Assembly (NCBI GenBank): GCA_034521595.1
Contig: JAXHMG010000003.1
Coordinates: 320,001-384,000, forward strand
Source: Gemmatimonadota bacterium
Lineage (GTDB): Bacteria; Gemmatimonadota; Gemmatimonadetes; Longimicrobiales; Gaopeijiaceae
DNA length: 64,000 nt
Reading direction: 5' to 3'
Shown here: one piece after another, positions 9,332-20,000 of the stretch
Position numbering within the stretch: position 1 is the stretch's first letter
Layout of the letters: every line of letters starts with the position of its first letter
Position numbers and translations under genes: made by a program
Notes under the pieces: generated by a model
Database searches by the model: none
Told to the model about the DNA's origin: nothing
What the model saw: only the letters and a program-made list of their open reading frames with translations

Positions 9332-9643
9332 CTAGGGTAACGGGCGTTGACGTACCTGATCCCGGGTCGCAACGGTGAAACGACCTTCGACTTCGATTTC
9401 ATGGTGCTTCAACAAATCCCGCAAAACCCGCGCTGCTTCATCGGGATCGGCCGGAACGAAGCGCAGGTAGATCACACCTGGAGGAGGTGCCAAACCCTGA
9501 CGGAAGATTAGCCTTCCACCTGGTGCCGTCTCGTCTGAAGCTCCAGCACTTGTCTCGGCCACGGACGCAACATCGAATCCTGCTGCCCGAAGTGCATCCA
9601 CCGAAGCGCGGGGAACGTTCTCGTCGGCGAGGAGTCGGTTCAC
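9332..9643 (-). pseudogene. DUF5615 PIN-like toxin (VapC45-like) with internal in-frame deletion
   Basis: LLADENVP...GASDET joins directly to GRLIFR...GVIYLR. The conserved 'R(I/V)LxTxDxDF' segment is missing. Confidence 0.65.
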
Positions 9644-9879
9644 GCGACACCGAGATCAACCGAATAGAGCGTGTCGTCGTGAAGTACTTCAGAGGCAAAT
9701 GCGAATACCGCCCGCAACGCCTCCGCAGAGAGTTGTGGATAGTTCTGAAGGATTTGATCCTGGGTCCACCCCTCTGCCAGCAGGCCGAGCACGAAATCCA
9801 CGGCGAGGCGCGTGCCCTTGATGACAGGCTTGCCGCCGAGGATCTCCGGGTCGGCATGGATGTGGTTCTGCCAAGTCAT
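9640..9879 (-). CDS. DUF433 antitoxin (VapB45-like)
   Basis: IHADPEILGGKPVIKGTRLAVDFVLGLLAEGWTQDQILQNYPQL is the DUF433 signature. Confidence 0.92.
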   Translation of the reverse strand: MTWQNHIHADPEILGGKPVIKGTRLAVDFVLGLLAEGWTQDQILQNYPQLSAEALRAVFAFASEVLHDDTLYSVDLGVA

Positions 9880-10029
9880 CGCGCCCCCCTCCGATGAGGT
9901 TCAGTGTCCACTAGAAAATCTAGCTTGACCAGGGGAGTGGCGGGAGCCTCCATGTAGCGGATGCGATTTTCTGGACAAGGGGGCGGCCATATCAGACCGC
10001 AGGCCGGGCATGACGACGGACGAATGGGC

Positions 10030-10308
10030 GCGGTCCCCGCGGGAGATCGCATCACGGCCGATTGCGAGGCGCCATCCATGGACGCCTGCTGGCCGGCGGC
10101 CGGCAGAGCAGGGAGCACCAACGGAAATGCCAGCGAGAAGGGGGAAGGGACTTCCTGGAACGTCCGTCTGGGCAGGCGACGCTCATCGGCGCCATTCCCC
10201 GTGCGGGCCCGGACCGCGCCGGGTGTCAGCGCACCGCACCTGCCGTGCGCGCGAGCGCGTCAAAGTCTCAACCGTCGCTTGTGTCCAAGATCAAGTCGGT
10301 GGTGACAC
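10030..10308. repeat. Non-coding repeat, copy 2 (with 120 extra bp bounded by GGCGCCAT direct repeats)
   Basis: Matches 8105-8263. GGCGCCAT occurs at 10068-10075 and 10188-10195. Confidence 0.85.
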
Positions 10309-10335
10309 GTGCCACCGCCCGACACAGTGCTTGAG

Positions 10336-10493
10336 TTAGCCTGGGCTCGGGTAGGGGACCACGTGCGCCTCGATCCAAGCTTGGAGCTGTTCGCGAGTCC
10401 GTTCGCCTGCAGCTACCGCTAGAACCTCAGATGCGGCGTCGTCGATACCTGCAGCCCACTCGAATCCGTTCCCAGATTGAGATAGCGCGTCAA
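10336..10493 (-). pseudogene. Doc/Fic toxin remnant (centre deleted)
   Basis: A TTG start overlapping the antitoxin stop gives MTRYLNL (Doc-like N-terminus), joined out of frame to NGFEWAAGIDDAASEVLAVAAGERTREQLQAWIEAHV (Doc-like C-terminus). There is no HPFxDGNKR motif. Confidence 0.65.
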
Positions 10494-10684
10494 CGCAGGC
10501 GCTCGTATAGCTCCCGGTTCTTCCTGACGAGGCGTGAAGCCACCTGTTCGAAATCAGCCTCCGGCTGGGAAACCAATTCGCGCACTGCCGCTTCAGCAAG
10601 AGTCTCAGCAGGCACTTTAAGGCGCCCGGCGATCTCAGCGAGCCGCCGCTCCTGGGTGTCGGAAAGTTCGATCGCGATTTTCAT
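10490..10684 (-). CDS. Small antitoxin of Doc-type TA (RHH-like)
   Basis: MKIAIELSDTQERRLAEIAGRLKVPAETLA...FEQVASRLVRKNRELYERLR, strong RBS AGGAGGAGG, coupled to the Doc remnant. Confidence 0.75.
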   Translation of the reverse strand: MKIAIELSDTQERRLAEIAGRLKVPAETLAEAAVRELVSQPEADFEQVASRLVRKNRELYERLR

Positions 10685-10790
10685 GCCTCCTCCTTCGAGC
10701 CGTGTCCGAGGTTCTACTGCCTGAGCTAGCCAACTCTGCTCCCGCCAGGGTCGCTCTGCCCGACCCCTGGGCTTTCTGCAGGTCCACCAG

Positions 10791-10816
10791 GCCACCGGTG
10801 CACCCGGGGCGGTTCA
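10791..10816 (-). repeat. IS3-family terminal inverted repeat relic, right
   Basis: Reverse complement TGAACCGCCCCGGGTGCACCGG. Matches 6743 in 12 of the first 13 nt, in inverted orientation. Confidence 0.5.
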
Positions 10817-10875
10817 GTCTCCGCATTCGCGGGGTAGAACCCGTTCGCTAGAGCTTCACATGGGGAGGTTGCGCC

Positions 10876-12150
10876 TCACGATTCGAGAAGACGCGTCGAC
10901 CAGCGCAAGTAGAAGAGGAGATAAGGATCAGGGAGGTCCAGTACGCCGCCGCGCTCATCGTCCCAGTCGAGGGGGCGCTCGAGCGGGAAGTTCCTTTGAG
11001 CAAGCTTGGCCATCTGTTGACAACTGCTGATTACACTTGATCCGACGGGGGCCTCGCCATGACAAATATCGCCTAGTCGTGCTGTAAGGTCCTCATAGGC
11101 CAGTGACAAGATCGGTGGGTCCTGTGCTATCGCCTCAAGGATGGCCCTATAAACGTCTCCACTCGTTCCGTCTACGAAGGAATAAGTCTTCCGTTCCGTC
11201 CCCCGAGTCGCCGGGCCGGTGTCGAGCGCGTCCACAAGTGAACGAAAGTCTGTCATCGTCGATGTCCGTTTGAAGATCGCTTCCAACGCGTCTGAGCCTG
11301 GGGCAAGAGAGGTGGGAACATCTAGCTTTTGTCGCACGTCCATTTCGAAACACGCGTTGAGACAGATGGCCTGCATTAACTGGGGCGAGCCGGAGGCCTC
11401 TTTGACAAGATGGGAGACGGCGAACGAATCGACGGAAGCGTTAAGGAGGCCGAAACCGATATCCGCAATTTGCTGTAGGTATTGAGGCTCCCAGTAGGCG
11501 AAGTCTATCGCTAGGACCCGTCCTCGAAGCTCCGGATTAGCGCGTACGACATCGTCGGATCGGTGAGTCACGGAGGCCGTGATCATACTGACGCCCTGGC
11601 GCACCGCCTCTTTGAGTTGCTTGGCTACTTCATCCTGAACATCACGGGTCATATAGTGGAAGTCGTCGATCAGGACCACGAAGTCCGAATCGGAAATCTC
11701 CTCGATTACCTGTTGCATACCGCGGCGACCACGACTTTCCTCCTCGGCGGCTTCACTCCGATGCCCGAGTTGACCGGAAGCACCAGCCTTACCCTTGGCG
11801 ATGAGGGGCACGCCGGCTTCACCTTCAACTTCAACCGCTGTTCCCAGAGTTCGGGCACTCCTCGATGATTTGGCTTCGGAAGCCGGAACGCTCATCCAGT
11901 CCAGTATTCGATCCCAAAGATCTGACGGATGCGCGATACCTGCGCCCGTTACCGCTGACTGCAGTCGATCCGGGCCAACGACATTCTCGACGAATACCGT
12001 TTTGCCGGACTTTGACGGGCCCGAGATCGAAACCAACTGGCCGGACGTTTCGAGGCCGTCGCGTAGCCGGTCTTCGAGGCCGTATTCCGTACGAGTCACG
12101 TACGTGTGGGTCGGATATGATCCCGGTGTGAATACTTCAGTTGCCCGCAT
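10876..12150 (-). CDS. P-loop ATPase (AAA+/STAND-like), candidate defence protein
   Basis: Walker A GPSKSGKT, Walker B VVLIDDFH, GSP motif (ASGSPQLMQ) and a possible C-terminal winged-helix region. Confidence 0.75.
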   Translation of the reverse strand: MRATEVFTPGSYPTHTYVTRTEYGLEDRLRDGLETSGQLVSISGPSKSGKTVFVENVVGPDRLQSAVTGAGIAHPSDLWDRILDWMSVPASEAKSSRSARTLGTAVEVEGEAGVPLIAKGKAGASGQLGHRSEAAEEESRGRRGMQQVIEEISDSDFVVLIDDFHYMTRDVQDEVAKQLKEAVRQGVSMITASVTHRSDDVVRANPELRGRVLAIDFAYWEPQYLQQIADIGFGLLNASVDSFAVSHLVKEASGSPQLMQAICLNACFEMDVRQKLDVPTSLAPGSDALEAIFKRTSTMTDFRSLVDALDTGPATRGTERKTYSFVDGTSGDVYRAILEAIAQDPPILSLAYEDLTARLGDICHGEAPVGSSVISSCQQMAKLAQRNFPLERPLDWDDERGGVLDLPDPYLLFYLRWSTRLLES

Positions 12151-12638
12151 CGACCCTCCGAGGTCGCGGTTCCAGCCAACTTTGATTCAGCCCACTCGCG
12201 TATCGGTCCGGTAAGTGAATCAGAGTCTATCGTGTTACGAATGTGTCGTTCTTGTCGCCCTCCGCCCTGTCGGGGGGGGTACTTCAGGGCCGCTTACAAT
12301 GGGCCACGGATTTCGCCGAGGGGCTCGATACCAAAAAGCGACCTAGGCGACCCATGCAGTCTGGCCCCCCGCCGCCCTTCATCTTGGACGTGCGGAGTCC
12401 GACCCGAAAACAACATATCCCACAACATTTGACGTTCAGGTGTTTCCAGCGGGGTCACCACCGAGAGGCCCACCTTACCTTCCCGAGAATACGCTGCACT
12501 TTGCTATCGTGCCACAACAGCTCAAGGCCATGTAGGTGGAGCGGGCGAAGCCCGCGGAAGTGGAAACGTACTTGTTTAAGACGTGTGTCGCCGCTCGACA
12601 AAGCCGCACGGTGAGATCTCCTGGACGCTATATTATGA

Positions 12639-12729
12639 GGCTAATCGTCTTGATCCAGCGTCTCCCGTTGCTGCTGCGCGACGCTAATGATGACCGAGCC
12701 ATCGCAACAGCAGAAAACGCATATTAGCC
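12639..12729 (-). other. Degenerate attC-like imperfect palindrome
   Basis: GGCTAAT...ATTAGCC ends with internal GCGT/ACGC and GTTGC/GCAAC pairing. The upstream gene's TAA lies in the inverse core. Confidence 0.4.
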
Positions 12730-13819
12730 AGAGATCGGTTGTTCTGACTCCGAGGGAATCAAGGTCTCTAGCCAATTAACACATTTGCTGGCCGCCTCGG
12801 TATAAGACTTCGAGAGGTCGGATCCGAGATCCGTTCTTCTGCCATCCACCACGCCCACGGCCTTCCCCGTGTGGGCACATGAGTGCCGGGAAAGCCACAA
12901 GTCCGAAACCACAGCATACACGTCCGGCTTTTCCTCCTGCAGCGATCGGCCGACGAATCGTTGCATGTCTTCATGCAGGTGGGAGCGGAGGTCGTCCCCC
13001 TTGAACACCCTCCTCGCCTTAAACTGTGTACCCGGAGCCTTCTGCTCCCAAAGTCTGTCCGCGACGTCCCAAAGCGCCTCCTCGCAGGCGACCGCTGCGT
13101 CCAGGGTGGCTCGCCTAAGGGCTCCCGCGTACGTGTTGTATCGGGCATCCATCAAGAGAAGGTGGTGCACGGCAGGTTCGCGATACTCACTCAGCGCTTC
13201 GACCACCAAGGCCCACGATTCTTGGGTTAGCGCCACCTCATCACCGTGCGCCGTGACCGGACCCATGTAGGCGAACGCGTTCTCTTGCGGCTCACCTACT
13301 TCGTTACTCGGGAAGCTGATCTTCGCATGACCGGAGGGCGGTGGATGTCCGATCCACCACTGTCTAGTATAAAAACGAATCCACGAGATCACTCCGGCCA
13401 CGAAAACGCGTGGACTGAAGTCGGCGTCAGCGTGAAGAACATCGATCCTTAAGGTGTCTGCTGGAAATGGATCGAGCTCTTTGTCAAAGGTGGCGTTCTG
13501 AGCGATGACTACGGAGAATTCGTCTTTGCTGGTGGGGAGGCCCGGGTATGACCGCGGCGATCGGCGCTCTAAGGCGTCTCCGGTCCGGCTGCGCCTTTGC
13601 AAGAAACGGCACACGACTTGGTCGCACGTAAGGCGTTGGTACAAAGTTGGCCTCACCCATTCGGGTAGGGCCATACAGCAGCACTTCAGTATCCCCGACC
13701 GCTACCCCGTCCGCCCTTCGCTGGAGGGCGAACTCTGTCCAGAAACAGTAAGGAAACGTGTAAACGTAACCGTGATATTTGGCCTCGTCCGAGGGTCCTG
13801 AATCGGTTTCGGTGGTCAA
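12724..13819 (-). CDS. Hypothetical protein with C-terminal HEPN-like domain (probable frameshift ~13540)
   Basis: C-terminus: LLMDARY...ATLDAAVACE...LWLSRHSCAHTG (Rx4H). The N-terminus is probably ORF 13484-13819, which has a GGAGGA RBS. Confidence 0.55.
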
Positions 13820-14328
13820 AGCCTATCCTCCGTATAACCTATGATTCTCCCGGTCAGCGTATCGGCACGGTCACGGCATGAGCGCCATTATACATGCCCG
13901 AGATGGTATGCTGTCAGGCTGGTGTCATCGAATCAGAGAGCTGCGGATTACCCCGAACCGGTACTTTCGCACGACCCACGACTCTGCAAGTCCGTCGCGT
14001 AGTCCCTCGGGATCCCACCTGAAGACACACGTTCAGACAACTGCCTGCACACGACCTCCACGTATCAGGAACATGCAACCGCCCGACCCATCCGACCCAT
14101 TCACCGTTGGGGAGCGAACGGTTGGCCTTTCGCCGCCATAGCAACCACGCCCACCAATCGTCGCATGCCCCCGCCTCGAACCCGCGCCAAGATCGATCAC
14201 CGACCTTCCATGCCCTCCGCCACCACCCCACCGTAAAAGCCCCCCCACCCCTGCGCCTGTCGCACCCCCATACTACATTGCGCCGCTAGGTTGCGCTTCC
14301 CCTTCCTGACACCGGCCGCTACGCCACG

Positions 14329-15813
14329 ATGACCCTCACCCTCCAACAGCTCGAAACCCACCTCTGGAAGGCCGCCGACATCCTGCGCGGCCGGATCGAT
14401 TCGGGGGAGTACAAGCACTACATCTTCGGGCTGCTGTTCTTCAAGCGGCTGAGCGACGTCTGGCAGGAGGAGTACGAGGAGCGGCTCGAGCGGTACAACG
14501 GCAACGAGGACCTGGCGGCCGACCCCGACGAGCACCGCTTCCACATCCCCGAGGGTCATTTCTGGGACGATGTCCGGACCCAGACGACCGACATCGGGGC
14601 CTCGCTCAACCAGGCGCTCGATGCGATCGAGGACGCGAACCTCCGCCTGAAGGGGATCTTTCAGGACGTCGACTTCAACAACAAGGATCGGTTCACGGAC
14701 GCGGTGCTCGAGGAGCTCCTGCAGCACTTCGACCGGTACCGTCTCCGTCGCTCGGACGCGGAACCCGACGTCCTGGGCGCCGCGTACGAGTATCTCATCG
14801 CGCAGTTCGCGGACGATGCCGGCAAGAAGGGCGGGGAGTTCTACACCCCGAAGATGGTGGTTCGGCTGATCGTCGAGATGCTCCAGCCGGACGATGGGAT
14901 GCACGTCTATGATCCGGCGTGCGGCTCAGGCGGCATGCTCCTGGAGGCGCTTCACTACGTTGAACGCCAAGGCGGCAATCCCAGGTCCCTCAGCTTGTTC
15001 GGCCAGGAGCTCAACCTGAACACCTGGGCGATCTGCCGGATGAACCTGTTCCTGCACGACATCGACGGCGCCGAGATCGCCCGGGGCGACACCCTCCGGG
15101 ACCCGAAGCACCTGACGCCCTCGAACACGCTCCGCCGCTTCGACCGGGTGCTCGCCAATCCCCCGTTCTCGCTGAAGCAGTGGGGGCACAAGGAGTGGAA
15201 GGACGGCGACCGCTTCGGCCGCGACGTCTACGGCTGCCCGCCGAAGTCCTACGGCGACTACGCGTTCGTGCAGCACATGGTGGCGAGCCTGAAGAGCGAT
15301 GGGATGCTCGGCGTCGTCCTGCCGCACGGCGTGCTCTTCCGCGGCGGCGCCGAGGGCCGGATCCGCGAAGGGCTCGTGAAGGACGACCTGATCGAAGCCG
15401 TCGTGGGGCTCGGGCCGCACCTGTTCTACGGCGCGGGCATCCCCGCGTGCATCGTGGTCATCAATCGCGCGAAGCCGGAGGAGCGGAAGGGCAGGGTGCT
15501 CTTCGTCCACGGCGCCGAGGAGCTCGTCGAGGGCAAGGCGCAGAACCACCTCTCCCAGGAGAACGTCGATCGCCTGGCGGCCGCGTTCCACGCCTGGGAG
15601 GACGAGGAACGGTTCTGCCGCGTGGTGGACCTCGATGAGATCGAAAAGAACGACTTCAACCTGAACATCCCGAGGTACGTCGATACCACGGAGCCGGAAG
15701 AGCCGATCGACGTGGCGGAGGAGCTTGGGACGCTGAAGGAGTTGATGGCCGAGCGGGACGAGGCGGAGCGGAAGATGCTCGGGTATCTGGAGGAGTTGGG
15801 GTATGGGGCTTGA
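14329..15813 (+). CDS. hsdM: Type I R-M methyltransferase subunit M
   Basis: LWKAADILRG, GEFYTP, YDPACGSGG, ANPPF and PHGVLFRG. Confidence 0.96.
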   Translation: MTLTLQQLETHLWKAADILRGRIDSGEYKHYIFGLLFFKRLSDVWQEEYEERLERYNGNEDLAADPDEHRFHIPEGHFWDDVRTQTTDIGASLNQALDAIEDANLRLKGIFQDVDFNNKDRFTDAVLEELLQHFDRYRLRRSDAEPDVLGAAYEYLIAQFADDAGKKGGEFYTPKMVVRLIVEMLQPDDGMHVYDPACGSGGMLLEALHYVERQGGNPRSLSLFGQELNLNTWAICRMNLFLHDIDGAEIARGDTLRDPKHLTPSNTLRRFDRVLANPPFSLKQWGHKEWKDGDRFGRDVYGCPPKSYGDYAFVQHMVASLKSDGMLGVVLPHGVLFRGGAEGRIREGLVKDDLIEAVVGLGPHLFYGAGIPACIVVINRAKPEERKGRVLFVHGAEELVEGKAQNHLSQENVDRLAAAFHAWEDEERFCRVVDLDEIEKNDFNLNIPRYVDTTEPEEPIDVAEELGTLKELMAERDEAERKMLGYLEELGYGA

Positions 15814-17076
15814 GCGTGCCGCACCGAGCGACTGGTCGCGAGTTCCGCTCGCTCAGGTGGCTACCGAGGCGAACGATCGCCTCAACGGGAGTGACCTCCC
15901 AATCCTGAGCGTCACCAAGCACGAAGGCATCGTCAGGGCGTCTGAGTACTTCGATCGCACCGTCCATGGTCGAGATACATCCTCGTACAAGCGACTCGGA
16001 GCGGGTCAGTTCGCCTACGCAACAATCCATCTGGATGAAGGATCGATCGACTACCTGACCCCTGACGTGGCGAGCGAAGCTGGATCGGCCGATGTACACC
16101 GGCATTCTCGGTGTCCGGACGGCCGGGTCTGATCCGTACTTCGTTGACGTCGATTGGTGCGTCCTACCGCGCCATGCGATCTGGGATCGCATCGGACAGG
16201 GCGAGCGTCACACGGCGGACAGTCGATCTCACGTCTCGAGGATCTCATGGGAGAACGGCTCCTCCTCCCACCCCTCCCCGAACAACGAAAGATCGCCGCG
16301 ATCCTCTCCAGCGTGGACGACGCCATCGCGGCCACGCGGAAGGTCATCGAGCAGACCGAGCGGGTGAAGCAGGGCCTCCTCCAGACGCTCATGACCCGCG
16401 GGATCGGGCACACCCGGTTCAAGCAGACGGAGATCGGGGAGATTCCGGAGGAGTGGGAGGTGGTGACCCTTGAAGACGTATGTGAGGTCCGGACAGGCGA
16501 CCTACGGAGCCGGTGAACAGTCCAGAGCGGCCGTATCCGTCCGGACTTGCTCCGGTACTCGGGATCGTGAAGCGTCGACGATCGATCGACGACGGATCGC
16601 TACGACGATGCAGCTCGCGGACTTCATCGCCGAGGATGGGCGCAGAACTTCGTGGAGGCGGCGACGTGCTGATCGCCAGTACTGGTCCGCGACCGTGCGG
16701 CAGAGTCTCGGGTCTCGGGAACGCAGGCATGGCGTCCTAGTGCACGACTATCGCGATCAGGTGTCGCGCCGAACCGAACGGCTCTCTGCTCGGTACTCTG
16801 GATGCTGTGGCGCACTCTCCCGGACATTGAGCTGAGTGGCGAGACACAGCTGCGGCATGGCCGCAGCCCAACGATCGATGCTACGGAGTATCGAGCTCAC
16901 GCCGATCGCGCTGCCTCCGGTGTTCGGAGCAGGAGCTGATTCGCGGAACGATGCTCGAGCGATCGAGTCGAGTCCTCGAAGCGCCGCTCGAGGCGATGGA
17001 CCGCCGCCTCGAACTCCTCAAACGCGGCCTCCTCCAGGACCTCCTCACCGGCCGCGTCCGCGTGACCCCGGACTGA
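15803..17076 (+). pseudogene. hsdS: Type I R-M specificity subunit S, multiply frameshifted as assembled
   Basis: Conserved blocks are recognisable: P.DWSRVPL, LPPLPEQRKIAAILSSVDDAI...KQGLLQTLMTRGIGHTRFKQTEIGEIPEEWEVV and LKRGLLQDLLTGRVRV*. The TRD regions are broken in all frames. Confidence 0.85.
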
Positions 17077-17083
17077 CGCGCCG

Positions 17084-20000
17084 ATGCCCGGCCCCGAGTT
17101 CAGCCTCGTCGAGAGGCCCGCCATCGACTTCCTCACGGAGCTCGGCTACACCTGGCTCTCGAAGGAGAAGGCCGAGCTCCAGCGGAACGGGCTGAACCAG
17201 GTCATCCTCCGCGACCACCTCGTGGACGCCGTCCAGCGGCTGAACGACGTGGACCCTGACCTCGCCCACCGCGTCTACCACGAGCTCCTCGCCGTCTCGG
17301 ACAACGAGCGGTGGCTGGAGTACCTCCGGGGGAGCTACTCGCGGGCCGCGGCGGGGGAGGCCACGCACCGGACCATCCGCCTCCTCGACTTCGAGGACCC
17401 GGCGAACAACACGTTCACCGTCACCAACCAGTTCCGCGTGGAGTCGCAGCATCCGCGCGTGGCGGACCTCGTGGTGCACGTGAACGGGATCCCGCTGGTG
17501 GTCCTCGAGGCGAAGAAGCCGGGCGCGGGCAAGCTGCTCTCGGCGTACGAGCAGATCCGGCTGTACGAGCAGCAGATCCCCCGGCTCTTCCACGCCAACG
17601 CGTTCAACATCGTCACCGACCGACAGACGCTCCGCTACGGGACGACGGGCGCGGACTGGGCCTACTGGGGGCACTGGCGCGACCCGTGGCCGAGGGCCGG
17701 GGACGACTTCAGGAGCGAGATGGAGCAGGGCCTCTGGGCGCTCCTCGAGCCGTCCAGGCTCCTCGACCTCGTCGCCCACTTCATCGTCTTCGAGCGCGAG
17801 CCGGAGACGGGGCGGGTCGTCAAGAAGATGGGCCGGTACCAGCAGCACCGGGCGGTCCAGCGGGTCTACGAGCGGGCGCAGGACGCGGAGCGGCGCCGCG
17901 GGCTCATCTGGCACACCCAGGGGAGCGGAAAGTCGCTCACGATGGTCTTCTCGGTGCTGAAGCTGAAGCTCCACCGCACCGACCCGAGTCCGCTGCTGCC
18001 GAGCCCGAACATCCTCGTCATCACGGACCGCAAGGACCTCGACCGCCAGATCGCGGCCACGTTCCACGCCTGCGGGCTCCCGAACCCGAAGCCGATGGGG
18101 TCGATGGACGAGCTCCGCCGGACCATCCACAGCGGCGTCTCCGGGCTCACCGTCCTCTCCACCATCCACAAGTTCGAGGGCTCGCGGACGCCGGTGGAGA
18201 ACAGCGGCGACTGGATCGTGTTCGTGGACGAGGCGCACCGCACCCAGGAGCAGGACCTGGGCGCCTACCTGCGGGCCACGTTCCCGGATGCGTGGCTGTT
18301 CGGGTTCACGGGCACGCCGGTGAAGAAGGACGACCTGGACACCTTCCGGAACTTCAGCCCGGAGGGCGAGGCGTACCTCGACCGGTACAGCATCGACGAC
18401 GCGGTGGCCGACGGCGCCACGGTGCCGATCCGCTACACGTCCCGGAAGGCCGAGTGGCACATCGATCCGGCCGAGATCGACATCCTCTTCGACAACTGGT
18501 TCGCCGACGAGCCCGAGGACGTCGTCGAGGCGCTGAAGGAGCGGGGCGTGACCATCGCCGAGCTGGCCAAGCACCCCCGGCGGGTGGAGCTCATCGCCTT
18601 CGACCTGTGGCAGCACTTCAAGGGCCACGCGATGCCCGACGGCTACAAGGCGCAGATCGTGGCCATCGACCGCGAAGCGGTGATCCTCTACAAGCGCGCC
18701 CTGGACCGCTTGATCGCCAAGGAGCTCGTGAGGGACGAGGGGCTCGACGAGGCGGAAGCGCTCGAGCGGGCCGAGGCGATGTCCGTGCCGGTCTACTCGT
18801 CCAATCAGGACGACGCAAAGCCCAGCGACGACGCCCGGGTGAACGAGCTCCGCGCCGATCTCCGGAAGTACGCGCTGGACGAGGACGGGGAGAAGCAGGC
18901 CATCGCGCGCTTCCACAAGCGATGGGAGCCGCCGCACTTCCTCATCGTCTGCAACAAGCTCCTCACCGGGTTCGACGCGCCCCACGAGAGCGTGATGTAC
19001 CTGGACAGCCCGCTCCGGGACCACAACCTGCTGCAGGCCATCGCCCGCACCAACCGGGTGGCGGACGACAAGAAGCGGTTCGGGCTCATCGTGGACTACA
19101 TCGGCATCACGCGGAAGCTCGACGAGGCGCTCGATGCGTACCGCGAGGAAGACGTCGAGCACGCCATGCGGGACCTGGAGGTGGAGCGGGACGCCCTCCG
19201 GCAGGCGCACCGCGAGCTGTTCGAGATGGTGGGCGTCTCACGCCGGAAGGGCCGGGAGAGCGAGGAGTACGAGGCGCTCATCGAGCAGCTCGGCAGCGAG
19301 GACGTCTGGTACACGTTCCGGCGGAAGGCCGACGCGTTCATCCGCGCCTACGAGAGCCTGAGCCCCGATCCGGAGGTGCTCGACTACCAGGGCGACCTCA
19401 AGTGGGTGGTGAACTTCCTCGCGGTGGCCACGCCGGAGTTCGAGAAGAACCCGCCGCCGGACCTGAGCGGCATGAGCGGCAAGATCCGCCGGCTCCTGGA
19501 GGAGCACCTCGAGGTCACCGGCCTGAAGACCGTCGTGAAGCTCCGCCACATCACCGATCCCGAGTTCTGGGACGACTTCGCCGGCGACCGCCCGGCGCGG
19601 GAGCTCCGGCAGGCGACCATCCGCAAGGCCACGGAGCTCAAGCGCATCACCTACGAGAAGGTCCAGGAGAACCCGCTCCGCTACGAGACGTTCTCCGAGC
19701 GGGTGCTGGAGGTGATCCGGCGGTTCGAGGAGGGGCAGCTCGCCGCGGCCGAGGCGCTCGAGGAGTTCGAGGGCATCGCGAAGGATCTGGTGGACGAGGA
19801 CAACGCGCACGAGGCCAGCGGGCTGAATCCGCGGGCGTATGGTGTGCTGAAGATCCTCGAGTCGCTGATGGACGAGGAGGGGGCCGAAGGCGATGACGAG
19901 GACGGTCCCGCGCCTCCCGAGGGCGGCACGGCGAAGGAAGGGCAGGGGGGCGCCGGGGGGAGCGGCCCCGATCGCCTGGCCCGCCTCGCCGAGGAGATCG

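Noticed and set aside
13830-14320. Short ORFs or an integrase remnant upstream of hsdM
   Set aside because: No recognisable recombinase or other motifs in any frame.
17045-19896. Long alternative-frame ORFs (721 aa minus, 861 aa plus) over hsdR, and similar ones over other genes
   Set aside because: High-GC shadow ORFs, Arg/Pro/Gly-rich, with no motifs.
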